Source: Octopus sinensis
Lineage: Eukaryota
Assembly (NCBI RefSeq): GCF_006345805.1
Contig: NC_042997.1
Coordinates: forward strand, 85,250,001-85,314,000
Length of the DNA stretch: 64,000 bases
Reading direction: 5' to 3'
Shown here: piece after piece, positions 11,765 through 25,267 of the stretch
How positions within the stretch are numbered: position 1 is the first letter of the stretch
How the letters are laid out: the number at the start of each line of letters is the position of its first letter
Program-made: the position numbers and the translations under genes
The notes under the pieces: model-generated
The model's database searches: none
What the model saw: the letters and a program-made list of their open reading frames with translations, nothing else
Told to the model about the DNA's origin: nothing

Positions 11765-12975
11765 CGAGTGTAAGACAAAAACCCCTTCAGTTTAAAGTGT
11801 GAAAGTGGACAAAACCTCCTCGGTTATATTTCTCTGTTATTTTTTTCGTTTTTTCTCTTTTTATTTGTTTCAGTCATTAGACTGTGGCCATGCTGGGGTA
11901 CCGCCTTGAAGAATTTTTAGTTGAACGTATCGATCCCAGAATAATTTTTTTTTTCCTTTTTACTTGTTGCTGTTATTAGACTGCGGCCATACTGGGACAC
12001 CTTGAAGACCTTTCAGACGACTGAATGGAACGCAGAATTTTTTTTAAGCCTGGTCAAAACCCCCTTTGTGATATATTTCGATTTTTTCCTTGGTACTTGT
12101 TAAATCATTAGACTGCGGCCATGCTGGGGCACCGCCTTGAAGAATTTTTAGTCGAATATTTCGATCCCAGAATTTTTTGGGGGTGATTTTCAATCAGCGC
12201 ATGAAGTTAAGCCTAGAAGATCATTTCACATGCTAGAAATAACAGCCAAATCTCTTGAATTTGTTTTTATAATTTCACGTAAACAAAAACGGAAATTGCG
12301 ATTGTAAAAGAACTCTTATTTTCCAAAATTCCTATCTTTAAGTAAACAAAAATATATTCAATCGAAAATAGATAAGAAGTATAGAATAACAGAACACAAG
12401 ACTCTTTACTACTCAATGTACATATTGTCTGAATTCTAACAAAAGGGAAAGCATTTACTTCAAGAAACGTGTAGAAACATAAAAACAATAAGAAATACGT
12501 TTGAACGACTAATTCTGTTAAACCTTCAACGGCAGGAGAAAATTTAAAAGGTCATCTCATTCTCATTAATCTCTAAGTGCAGAGAGAAGAAAACAAAAGA
12601 CTATAAATTAAAATTTTAAAATGCTAATTTTGCTGCGACTAAAAATTCTTTAAGCAGTCTAATAACTGCAACAAATAAAATGGAAAACAATTCTGGCGTC
12701 GATATATTCGACTAAAATTCCTCAAGACGGGGCCCCAGCATGGCCGCAGTCTAATGAGAAAAACAAGTAAAAAAAAAAAAGAAAGAAGAATTCTGAAGTC
12801 GATACGCTAAACTAAAAATTCTTCAAGGCGGTACCCCAGCATGGCCACAGTCTAATGACTGAAACAAGTAAAAGCAATAAATAAATAAAATAATCGAAAA
12901 ATATAACCAAGGAGGTTTTGTCTACTTTCACACTTTAACAATGGGGGTTTTGTCCGAGGAGGCTTTTGTCTGGAT
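11765..12975. mobile_element. Fold-back / MITE-like element whose long inverted arms contain tandem SINE-B tails
   Basis: 11790-11940 is the reverse complement of about 12795-12940 (TTAAAGTGTGAAAGTGGACAAAACCTCCT..; GACTGTGGCCATGCTGGGGTACCGCCTTGAAGAATT); terminal GACAAAA(A)CCCC/CTCCT subrepeats. Confidence 0.65.
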
Positions 12976-14243
12976 CCCCGCTTAATCGCATACCATGCAG
13001 TGCCCTATACATCTTGGAGGAATCTTTTGACCAGCACTGGCATAGGGCACTGAAACACTTCGAAGTAATCTTTCTTCCCTCCTTTTCAAACGATCGTCTC
13101 CTGTAAGAATCATCAAATCTGGCTTTATGCACTGACATCCCTTGGTGGTGTGATTGGAGGGCGGATAGTATTATGTGAATGTGTAATTTTTTTCAGTGTT
13201 TCAACAGAAACTTGTTATTTTTATAAAAATTATCTCTATAAATATAGTCTAGAAAAATACTGAAAATTACAGTGTTTTCATGTATTGCTACTTCACTTTT
13301 CGAAGATATTGCAAAGAGAAAAGGGACTTTTTCTGTTTTTAGATTTGTGCTTATGGGTATGTGTATGCTGAAGTTTACCATGGTAGAAAGTATTACCCAG
13401 CATGACTTGTTCTTTGCAATTTACAGCAAAGAAAAGACTATTTTGCTAAAATATGTAAATTAGTCTTTATCAAAAATGTAATTTTTATACAGACATTCTT
13501 TAACTTGTCCATTAAAAACTTCAAGTAGTAAAGTAATAGCTGCTTTTCCTATGGGACTTGGGCATGCTGCCACTTCAGTTTTGGTTAATAAAAACATTTT
13601 AAATGCTTTATTGGATTTATGTAGTTCTTCTATGCAGAGATAGATAGATGCACATGTCCATATAAATTACATTAGCAGTCTTTTAAATTTGTTAATGCTT
13701 TTATTTAAAATACTCTCTATTGTCCTTTATAAAGTTTTACTACACTAATGGTCTAATAAAAATTTCCAAAGATGAATTTTCGCTCACTATCAAATTAAGT
13801 CTATATAAATCTTTAATACTTCGAGATCTATTATTTTCTTTACTTTTCTGTAATGTTAGAAAAATATATTAGCCTTGCCATATTAACGGCCATTTATACC
13901 TTCTGGTAGTCGAGTAAATTAAATATTTACTTCTGTTTTTCTTTTCTTTTCTGTATTTCTTTTCTTTTAATTGTTTTAACACGTGAATTTTATTTTACCC
14001 TACTTTCTATGTAATGTTTCTTGAACTTTTATTTCTTAGACTCTTTACGTTCTGAGTTCAAATCCAACCACAGTCAATTTTGCCTTTCATTTTTCTTGGA
14101 TCGAAAAAAATAAAGTATCAGTCAAGTACCGAAAACCATTTTATCAGCAACGGCACGGCCACCCACCAACAAAAAAATTCTCTTCGAAATTATTATATTC
14201 CATTCTACAGAGAAATGTAAATCATGTAATTTAGACATACCAA

Positions 14244-14426
14244 TCAAGTCTCAATGAAGTCATCTAAAGTCCTCCGGCCAGAACAGTCATTATTATCCAA
14301 GTACAACGACTCTTCAAATGAGCCGTTTCGTCTGCAAGCATGCGTGGGTATTTTCGTTGCCTTTATCCATTCATCCCGATCGTACGTCTTTCCCGGGCCA
14401 ATGTAACTCCTCCACGGTAGATGTCC
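14244..14426 (-). CDS. Candidate coding exon, product unknown (GHLPWRSYIGPGKTYDRDEWIK...TLDDFIET*)
   Basis: Acceptor ATACCTCACCTTGCAATAG; 60 open codons in unique, GC-richer sequence; no homologue recognised. Confidence 0.3.
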   Translation of the reverse strand, partial: GHLPWRSYIGPGKTYDRDEWIKATKIPTHACRRNGSFEESLYLDNNDCSGRRTLDDFIET

Positions 14427-14905
14427 CTATTGCAAGGTGAGGTATGAATGTATGGCCCGAGTTTTAATCATATTGGAATTTCACTAATTGAACATCTGCA
14501 CAAGCCACAAGTACAGATGATAGCTGTAAAAAATGCTAGTATACGTCGATCGACATATAATCATAGTTATGTACAATAAGTTCTTAGATCGGTTTACAAC
14601 TAAAACTCTAGCTTGAAGTGCAAATTGGTATAAGGTGTTGAAATTGATTTTCCAAATTGGCTAGAAGTCGTACCTGATTCAGCAAGTGTAAATATCAATA
14701 GATCGAAAATGGAAACAGACAAGCAAAGCATTTGGCGTTACTTGGGGATATTGTTTTCATAATAAAAAGTACAAATAAATCATAGAACAGTTATGGTAGA
14801 TGATAGCAGTAGTTCGCTAACTGAACAGATTGATCCTGGACGTTGACAATTTTTTGCCTTTCATCTGCTCGGTATTTAGTGATATTCGTCATTGACTCAA
14901 TAAGT

Positions 14906-15037
14906 TCATCTGTCGAAGTAGTTCACATTCATCATGCTGCATTCCATGATTTCAACGTACTCTGGTTCGGGTGATTTCATGCTATTTAACCCATAACTGG
15001 GCTCTGAAACGCACTGCTTGTCCAGGTGAGAGTAGAC
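14906..15037 (-). CDS. Candidate coding exon, product unknown (VYSHLDKQCVSEPSYGLNSMKSPEPEYVEIMECSMMNVNYFDR*)
   Basis: Strong acceptor CTATTTTTCCCAG; 43 open codons containing YxxL/I motifs. Confidence 0.3.
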   Translation of the reverse strand, partial: VYSHLDKQCVSEPSYGLNSMKSPEPEYVEIMECSMMNVNYFDR

Positions 15038-16179
15038 CTGGGAAAAATAGTGGCTAAGAGTTAGTTCCACATTCTTCAAAACTCTGGAACTCCTGAACCA
15101 TGGTCCCGTTACTGTATACCGTTCAAAGTCATATCAATGATTATAAGCCGTGTTTTACACCCATGTTTCGTTGCCTCACCCCCTTCTTATTATTGACAAC
15201 AGAATACAGCCTACTATGTCCTCTTTTCGTATTGCTTAAATAGTATTTTTTTCTGATGCTTTAGTTACAATATTGCTGTAATTAGGATTTATGAGACCAT
15301 ATCGATTAATTTTTTAAGCAAGAAATCATAATTAAAGGATAAGAAAGAGAACGCCAAATAAAAATTCTTAGTTGCAATTAGCTAAACATTTGATTAAAAT
15401 TTATCATTCTATATTATTACAATTCGTCTTAATGAGATAAAGTTAAATTAATTTATATTCAATAAAAAAAAGGATAGAAAGATGTGTTATAAATTTGAAA
15501 TTTATGAATGAAGATATACACACACATATATATATATATATGTATATAGTTATACCTCTGTGCAGTGTGTGTGTGTGTGAATATATGTGTGTGTGCGTAT
15601 GTAAGCCAACACGTGCACACACATTTATATACATATTTTAATTGAACTGTGTGTGTGTGTGTGTGTGTGCGTGTACATACATATACAAGCAAGCATATCC
15701 ACATATCCATACACATGCAAACATATTCGCCCACACACATACTTATACATTCTGTAACATGGTAAACGCAAAGAATATTATTTACTTCACTGAAACCTAG
15801 AAAACCCCTTCAGTTCCATTAGTGAATTACATTGAATATCTTGAGAATTCAACTTATTTCAATTTTTGTGCATATATTTTATTTCAAGTTTTCGGTTGTT
15901 ACTTTATATAAGTCAATTTTAGGTTTAAGAGAAATTTAATTTGAAATAAATCATGTAATAACCGAAACAATTAATTTTTATTAAAAATAAAATTAGTGAT
16001 TTATTTTTTTTAACGGTAAAGCTAATGAATTTAGTCTCTAAATTCATAATCGTTAGACAAATCTTCGAAAACAGAATTGCTGAATTGCATTCCTGTAAAA
16101 TTTATCTGAGGTAGCTATATAAAAAGTAAGACATATCTACTTTGCACACATGGAAAATATTTATTTCAAATTTTTGCAA

Positions 16180-16375
16180 CGACCGGCAATTTCGGGACAG
16201 GATGTAAGTCGATTAGATCAACCCGAGTGCCCAACTGGTATTTATCTTATCGACCCCGAAAGAATGAAAGGCAAAGTTGATCACAGTGGATTTTGAACTC
16301 AGAACTAAAGATGGACGAAATGCCGCTAAGCATTTTGCCCCACGTGCTAACGATTCTATCATCTCTCCACCTTAT
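16180..16375 (-). mobile_element. Family-A SINE
   Basis: Reverse complement of head and core motifs. Confidence 0.8.
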
Positions 16376-17382
16376 ATATAGAAAATATATTCTGACATAA
16401 ACATACTATAACAAAGTAAATACTGGCGTGTTCTAGTGGCTATTTATTTTAAGGGTGATAATCATTTCTAAATCAATCATGGCGAAATTAGCAGATTGAA
16501 TTTTAAGTTTAAGAGCAATGAAGAAGATATATATAATAAACACATATTTCATATATTTCTTCATTCATTGAAAAGATCTTAAATTTCTAGGCAGAGGTTA
16601 ATCAAGTATAACACCATTTCATTCTTATTTGAAATCGTCAGTATGACATAGCCAGAGGCAAGTAAATTAAAGTAAAACATTTTACAAAGTAAGACATTTC
16701 TTATAGATGGAAAATAACTACAGTTTAGAAGACATTCCTGGAATGAATGTGTGTGTTTGTATATGTGTATATGTGCCAGTGTGTCTCTTTACAAAGTAAC
16801 AAAAGGGAAAAAAGAAAACTAGATCCGAGCAAAAGGTAAATGAACTTGGGTAATATAAAAACTTGAAAAAATACATTTCCTGAAAGAAACAGTAAAGTAT
16901 AAACTAGAAATTAATTGGATAGAAAATATAGATTTACGAATATGAAGAAGGAAAAAAAACAGGAAAGTATAAAATAACAAAATAGTTCAATATAACAACC
17001 ATAACTAATATAGTTCAAAAATGTTTCTACTTGGAATTTCACTGTTTTCTTACAGAAGTTTCCTGTAAACAATGTAAATGCGACTACATTAATGCTGTGG
17101 ATATGATTTTATCTTTTATATTTCTGAATTTGCTAGTATTTGTTACGTCACTATTATTGCTGTTACAGACAGTCGAATACAAGGATTATGATTTATGTGT
17201 TACATAAGTACACAAAACATGACTAACGGTTTTGTATGGCTTTGTAAGGAAGAATTTCGAAATCATTGTCAACCTTTTTCTTGTAAAATTTAATAAACAG
17301 GTACTAAATAGGTATTTGAGGAGTCCTTCATCTTAATGATAAAATATTCTTATATATCACTTCAAATAATAGCAATCATTAC

Positions 17383-17384
<2 letters not shown>

Positions 17385-17458
<74 letters not shown>

Positions 17459-17495
17459 CAGACAGATAACAAATAGATAGACAGATAGACAGACT

Positions 17496-17537
<42 letters not shown>

Positions 17538-17539
17538 TC

Positions 17540-17632
<93 letters not shown>
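17385..17632. repeat. (GATA)n/(GACA)n compound tetranucleotide array
   Basis: Direct reading. Confidence 0.95.
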
Positions 17633-17635
<3 letters not shown>

Positions 17636-17730
17636 TTACGTCTGGTGACGTAAGGTAATAGGTAGAAGTTTCTATCTAACTTCCTATTACTATGACCTAG
17701 TACTTTCTGTCTCGCTTCTTTTAAACTCAC

Positions 17731-17858
17731 CTCTGTATACCTCCAGCTACTAGTGTAGTGGATCTTAACTGGAGTCCATGTAATAGTTTGGAGAATCCAC
17801 ACAAGCAAAATTTTACATTGATTCCACAGAGGTATTTATGAGTCCATGATAAAGTTTT
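17731..17858 (-). CDS. Candidate 128-bp internal exon, phase 1 to 0 ([15 protein letters not shown]...SSWRYTE)
   Basis: Acceptor ACTTCTACAG, donor GAG|GTGAGT, one frame open throughout. Confidence 0.3.
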
Positions 17859-18270
17859 GCTGTAGAAGTATTTATTGCAAGAATTAGAGGTTATTTTCCC
17901 TCATGTTTTACATAATTCAGCGTATACAAAGGAATGTGTATAAACAAGTAAAGAATTTTGAAAAAAGTATCTATAAAACTAGTTTCCAAACATTGAATAT
18001 CTATGGGGTCCACTAGAATAAAACAATAAACATAGGGGTTCATAGATAACAAATGGTTGAGACCAACTGCACTAGTGGATCAATATTTTCTATTAAGGGT
18101 CTCTCATTCTTCCTCCGATGATGGAATAAACTGCAACTATAATGTTGGCTGCCGATCGTTTGCTGGGAAATGCACCATTTGCGCCTCCATTCTTGAAACA
18201 CATATAAGAAACTATCTGTGCACATATTTTCTTCCGCATTTCTTCTCATCCATCTTTGGATTTTACTTAC

Positions 18271-18316
18271 CATGATCACCTTTACCTGATGCCAATAATT
18301 CTGACTTCCCTTGTAA
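18271..18316 (-). CDS. Candidate 46-bp exon, phase 0 to 1 (LQGKSELLASGKGDH)
   Basis: Consensus donor ATG|GTAAGT; acceptor TTCTCTCGGAACAG; phase matches the 17731-17858 candidate. Confidence 0.2.
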
Positions 18317-18469
18317 CTGTTCCGAGAGAATATAAGCTTACACCATAAGCATTACGAACGTTCTTCATCTGATCTTTTATCAATATTTCTGCGACAGCTC
18401 AACCCTCATGTTTCAGTATACAAATGTTATAATCTAACCTGATGTCAATTGTCTGCCTGTTTATCCTTC

Positions 18470-18578
<109 letters not shown>

Positions 18579-19329
18579 CACACACACATAAACATGATTA
18601 TTGTAGGCTAAATATGCACTCTAATTATCAAATTTCAAATGTGTTTAAGATTTGGTAGATTGAAATTAAATAAGTACTGTGACTGAGTCATCGAGTGTAA
18701 ATGTCATTAACGGATTCGGGCGTGTATAATGCAGTAATAAATGCAAGCCTGTCACGAAAAGCATATGTGTGTGTATGTGTGTACATACACACATATATAT
18801 TATATACATACATGTATATACACACATGCATATATATCGGTATGTTAAGTATTTATGTTTATGTGTATATGTATATATATATATATATTATATATATATA
18901 TATATATATACAGACACACATGCACACATATGTATACACACTTGCATTTGAGCAACGTTGTAAAAGTATTTGTTTCCGAATTTCTCAATGCTTGAGGATA
19001 CAATGTTAAAAGAAAATTGTCCTTCTCATGTAATAATAAAGCTTATAATTTCAGGATTAAAGTTCGGCATGTATCTTTGGTGCTGTGCCAATACAGCGGT
19101 CCAGTATTTGGAAAACACATTGTTCGATTTATCCGAGTAAAATCATTCACTTTCACCATCAAATAGGCGGAAATCACTAAGGATATGAAGTTGCGGTAAG
19201 CTCCCATAAAATCGTGTGAGCAATATAGATTCTAATCCCGCTTCATCTATCGCATTAAATTCGTGCCTTGTTCTTAATCTCAAGTAGAGAAAATTGACAT
19301 ATTTGACATGCTATATAATTACTTATCTT

Positions 19330-19530
19330 AAGGCGATGAACTATCAGAATTGTTAACACGCCAGGCAAAATGCTTAGCAGCATTTCGCCCGTCTTTAAGT
19401 TCTGCTCGCGCCGAGATCGACTTTGTCTTTCATCCTTTCGGAGTCGATAAAGTAAGTACCAGTTCAGTTTTTGGGTCGATGTAATTTACTTACCCTTCCC
19501 TCCAAATTGCTGGCCTTATACCAAAACTTT
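19330..19530 (+). mobile_element. Family-A SINE
   Basis: AAAATGCTTAGC..CTTTGTCTTTCATCCTTTCGGAGTCGATAA. Confidence 0.8.
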
Positions 19531-19836
19531 AAACTAATATATTTACTTACCTTGATACAGGACACAGATTTGTTTAATACCCATTTTCGGAAATGTGGTT
19601 AGAGTTTCATTTATTATTTCATGAAATGTCTCCGAAACATGAGATAGGCATGGAGAGAAAAGAACAGAGAAAGAAAATTATGAACGATTTTATAAATGAG
19701 AAGGAATTTCTGATACATCGTCATCAACAGTAGCAGAAGAGCCTCTAAATGAACGAGCTAATAATACAAATTAGGCAACAAGACCAACGTGGAAATGACA
19801 ACATTACAACATTCTTTTCGTATGTGTGTATATATA

Positions 19837-19947
<111 letters not shown>

Positions 19948-19950
19948 AAC

Positions 19951-20285
19951 CTTATATATAAAGGACGTGAAATTCACGAATTGACAAACACGGAAAAACG
20001 GACAGTAATTCAGAGCCTTCATTCTTCAGTCAGAAACCGATTCATCATGGCAAATTTCGGCTGTTTAATTCTGAGATTTGCTCCGAAAAGGCCAGCCCCA
20101 AGGCAAAAGCTAAGCTATGGGCATTAGATTTGCTTGGTAGAAGGAAAGAATGTGACAACCGAGACGAACAGGAAAACAAGAGACGAAGATAAAATTTACA
20201 GTAACGAATAAAAACAGGAATGATACGGGGGCGTCATACGACTTTGAGACAAAATGAGACAAAACAATTGATCAGCAGCGTGGGA
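19951..20285 (-). mobile_element. Solo PLE-type terminus, family C, inserted at (TA)n
   Basis: Homologous to 43140-43500, 35275-35400 and 44005-44100; 117 bp identical (inverted) to 62491-62607; contains CTGAAGA and GAAA words. PLE origin is inferred from the TA-tract context and the pyrimidine-rich extension seen at 43.5-43.9 kb. Confidence 0.55.
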
Positions 20286-20574
20286 AGTGGTTACCTTGTG
20301 TGTGTGTGTTGTGTTGTGTGTGTGTGGTGTGTGTGTGTGTGTGTATGTATATACACACACATACAGTGGTATGGGTTTTGTCTAAAGTAAATCTCTTGTG
20401 TGTGTGACATTGCCAAATTATCAGTAATTTTGCTTATTTTATTTTTGTAGCACACCACATCCTAGATGACTAAGAATTTCTAACTGCATCATCATCATCA
20501 GTAGAAGCAGAAACTTTTGTCAGAAGAAGCTAAGAATAAAAATTACGTAACAACATTAACATAAAAGCGATAAC

Positions 20575-20624
<50 letters not shown>

Positions 20625-20799
20625 GTATCTATGTATGTATGTATGTATGTATGGGAAAAATAATTTCTACCACATATGTTGGAATATAAGAAATTGATTT
20701 GAAGGATGAAATTGCACCTGGTTTTCAAAACGAACTTCACTTTTACCAAAGTAATTTTTTAATACCATACCGGTTTCAACTTCTTTCTTTTTTTATTTT

Positions 20800-21420
20800 T
20801 TTGGTTTTCAATGATAAATGTAAAATAAAAAACATGTAAAAGAAAGAGAATGCACAAAAAAAATGTTACATGGCGATAAAAAATGCTCAAAATCGAATTT
20901 TCAATAGGTTTCGTATCAAAATAACATGATGAAATTTCAAGTATTCAGTAAGTTTCACAGCAATACGGAATGATGAAAGTGCAAATGTTCGATAAATTTC
21001 ATAGCATATGATAGAAATATGAAAGTTCAAAAAGATTCATAGCAATAAGTTATGTTAGCAATTAAACATGATGAAGATTTTAAAATATAAGAAGAATATT
21101 TTTGCACAATCTCTCTCATATTGCGTGAAGCAGAATTGTTCGTGGTTTGCCTTACTTGCTGAAAAGCAGAATCTGAACTCTGTTTCAAGTTGGAAATTTA
21201 TCGAACATTTGAATATTTATCTTTTCTTATTGCTGTCTAAGTTATTGAACACTTGAATCATGTGATTTTGTTATGCAGCATATTGAAAATTTGATTTTAT
21301 TTTTTACATTCTCTTTCTTTTAAAATTTCATCGTATTTTCTATATTTTTATACATGGTATTTGACAAATTTAATACATTTTTAATTAAAAGAAACTGAAA
21401 TTCCTCTTTAAAACCAATAC
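20800..21420. repeat. AT-rich internally palindromic element, copy 1
   Basis: Subrepeat TTCAATAG.TTTCATAGCAAAAT.AACATGATGAAG.TTCAA occurs in both orientations; homologous to 23290-23800. Confidence 0.5.
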
Positions 21421-21825
21421 ATTTTCAACCTCAAAACAAATTTTTTGTTAAAATATGTGTGTGTGTGTGGGTGCATGTGTGTATGCACGCACACGTGTGT
21501 GTGTTTGTATATATGTATGTGCGTGTATATGAGTTAGTGTGTGTATACATATATGTACAAACTCATACACAACCACATACGCGCGCGTTGGGGTCTTGAC
21601 CGATGAAATTTACCAGGGTGTGCAACACTACAAAATTAGCCTTAATTTGGCGTATCTTTCTTTTATGGGTCAGCACATTCTGTATGAGTAAGAATTTCTA
21701 ATAATATTACCATCATCATCATCAGCAGCAGCAGTTGAGGCCTCTATCAGAATTATATAAGAATAGATATTACGCAACAGCGTAGAAAACAACACTACTA
21801 TATCATTGAAGGGAAACCATTATAT

Positions 21826-21863
<38 letters not shown>

Positions 21864-21984
21864 ACATACACTCACTCACACACACACGTAGAAGCAGCAA
21901 TGAAAAGAACCAGAAAATAAAAATTACGCATCAACACCAACAAAAGAACGATGGCATACACACATACACTCACATATATATATA

Positions 21985-22669
<685 letters not shown>

Positions 22670-23132
22670 GAGCCATTTGGATCATGACAATGAATTGAGA
22701 GCAAAGACAGTCCCGAATGCTTTGTATGATAATCCTTCCTTAAATCTAATTCATGAACTTCTCTATGAAAGATTGGTTAGATAAGAATTTCATAAGAAAC
22801 ATAGGTGTCAGAGCTAAAACAAAAGTATAAACGAAAAAGTGCTCGACCCTAATACGTCGAAATCGACGGAAGACAGCATTATACACACACGCATAAAACA
22901 AACATATACACATACACACAGATATATATCTACGTGTACGTATATGCGCGCGCCTGTGTATGTATGTATGTGTGTATGTATTGTATTTTATATTTATTTT
23001 ATTTTATTTGTATATTCACATTTGAGTCGTATTTGGTTTTCTTACTGTCCCCAATGTTCCCTCACAAACACATACACACATATATATATATATATATAAA
23101 CACACACACACACACACACACTACACACACAC

Positions 23133-23176
<44 letters not shown>

Positions 23177-23223
23177 TATATATATATAACTGTGTGTATG
23201 TGTTTGTGAAGGAACAATAATAT

Positions 23224-23280
<57 letters not shown>

Positions 23281-23289
23281 GAGAGAGAG

Positions 23290-23800
23290 AGAGAGAGAAG
23301 TGGGAATATAACAAAATTGGTTACACGAAAGAAATATAAAAGTTGAATGTGATTCAGAGCAATAAATTAATTTAGTAGTTGAACATGATGAAAGTTTAAC
23401 ATTTTTTTTAAAATCCTTTGCAAGCTGTGTTGCGTTGTGTGAAGTAGAATTGTTCGTCTTTGGCTTTACTCATTCCAAAGCAGAATTTTGTGTATGTTTC
23501 ATGCTGGAAATATGTCGAACATTTGAAATTTCATATCGTATTGCTGTGAAACTAACTGTACATTTGAATCTTCATCATGTTGATTTTGCTATGAAATCTA
23601 TTGAACTTTTGAATTTTGAGCATTTTGTATCGTCAGGAAATTTTTGCTTATGCGTTTCTTTCTCTTAAATTTTCACCTTATTTTTGCTATCTTTTATTTA
23701 CCTTTTTTTTGTGTCTTATGAACTAAAATTCTTGGAGCCAGCATGGTGTTTTAATGAATTCACTTATTTTTTAATGTGAAATTCGTTATATTCATAAATG
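23290..23800. repeat. AT-rich internally palindromic element, copy 2
   Basis: 23330-23620 aligns directly with 21020-21300; 23490-23640 aligns inverted with 20870-21020. Confidence 0.5.
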
Positions 23801-23825
23801 TCCAAATACGTACGCATATACATAC

Positions 23826-23867
<42 letters not shown>

Positions 23868-23892
23868 CATACCACTCACACACGCACGCACG

Positions 23893-23958
<66 letters not shown>

Positions 23959-23960
23959 AT

Positions 23961-24023
<63 letters not shown>

Positions 24024-24312
24024 TATATAAGCCAAAGAGAAACTTCTATTTTCTATCCAAAGGATTTTTTTCACCCAATATTTACACGCTACTGTTTATA
24101 GCTTCATCTGCGAGGGGATTTTGTGTGCACGTGTATGCGCTGTACACATATACATGCTCATATAAAGGAAATTAAGTTTCGCAAATAGCTAGGAAAATAA
24201 ATATATGGACAACGAGGAAATATATACTAAGTACTACACAAGCTATACTCTTGTTTTACGTAAAAAGAAAGTTAACTTTGTTTCGAACGATTGTAAAGAA
24301 ATACTTTGCAGC

Positions 24313-25200
24313 AATCTCTCTCTATATAAAAGGCAGTTTGTCTGTCTGTGTGTCTGACCTGACCACGGCTTTCAACTGATTCTGATGAAACTTGACACAC
24401 ACATAGCCCAATGTCATAATTCAAAACTAACGCAACGAAAATTTTGAAAAGTTCCCCCAGTTCTGAAAAGAATCGATAAATTCGACATGGGGTCGAGCTC
24501 ATCATATGCAACACATTTTCCGTTGTAGTTTTCGCAACTTGCAATCGATTTTCACCAAACTCATGGTGAAGCTTAATGTTACCCTAAGGAACTTAATTCT
24601 GGTGTTAGTTTTCCATGCAATACCTTACCATCAGAAAAAATCAATAAAACAATGCCATTTTGGGAAATCGCGTTCAAATTCAAGATGACATCTTTTCGAC
24701 AATAACTTTAACAAATTGGCAGGAATTTTTTTTGAAATTCACAGCGACCATCATGTCTTCTCCAAGGAGCTATATGGCCCTTTTGATTCCAATAGGATAC
24801 GTTATTAATGGAAAAAATCGATTAATTACATCATATGTGGCACACATAGCAAACCGATTTTTCTGCGATTTTTTTGAAAGTTCACATAGATTTTCCCTAC
24901 ACCGATGTTGGACATCAAGTTTGCATTAAATGTCAAACTAACAAGTATTGTTAACAAGTATTGGGAGAAATCGACAAAACCATATCACTTTGAGACCGAC
25001 CATGCGAACCCTACAAAACTGACTTTTGTTAAATAGTTGGTGGATTTCAGGCGATTTAGTCGATTTTTGCCGCTTTTATCATAAATGTTGCTAGAAATGG
25101 CATGTTTTCTTTTTGCTTCAAATCTGAGCAATGTTGGGCTGTAGTCATGCATGCAAGGAACAGTGCCTTAATGCCTTAATGCCTTTTAGGCTTCATTATA
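24313..25200 (+). mobile_element. Non-autonomous Helitron-like element (5' end recognisable, 3' end not located)
   Basis: ATCTCTCTCTATATAAAAGGC followed by (TCTG)-type microsatellite and ACTGATTCTGATGAAACTTG, as in Lep1/DINE-like short Helitrons. Confidence 0.4.
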
Positions 25201-25204
25201 TATA

Positions 25205-25266
<62 letters not shown>

Positions 25267-25267
<1 letters not shown>

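Noticed and set aside
14235-15030. Strong plus-strand donors (AAG|GTGAGG near 14436, CAG|GTGAGA near 15025)
   Set aside because: The upstream segments have stops in all three frames from the available acceptors; non-coding exons are not excluded
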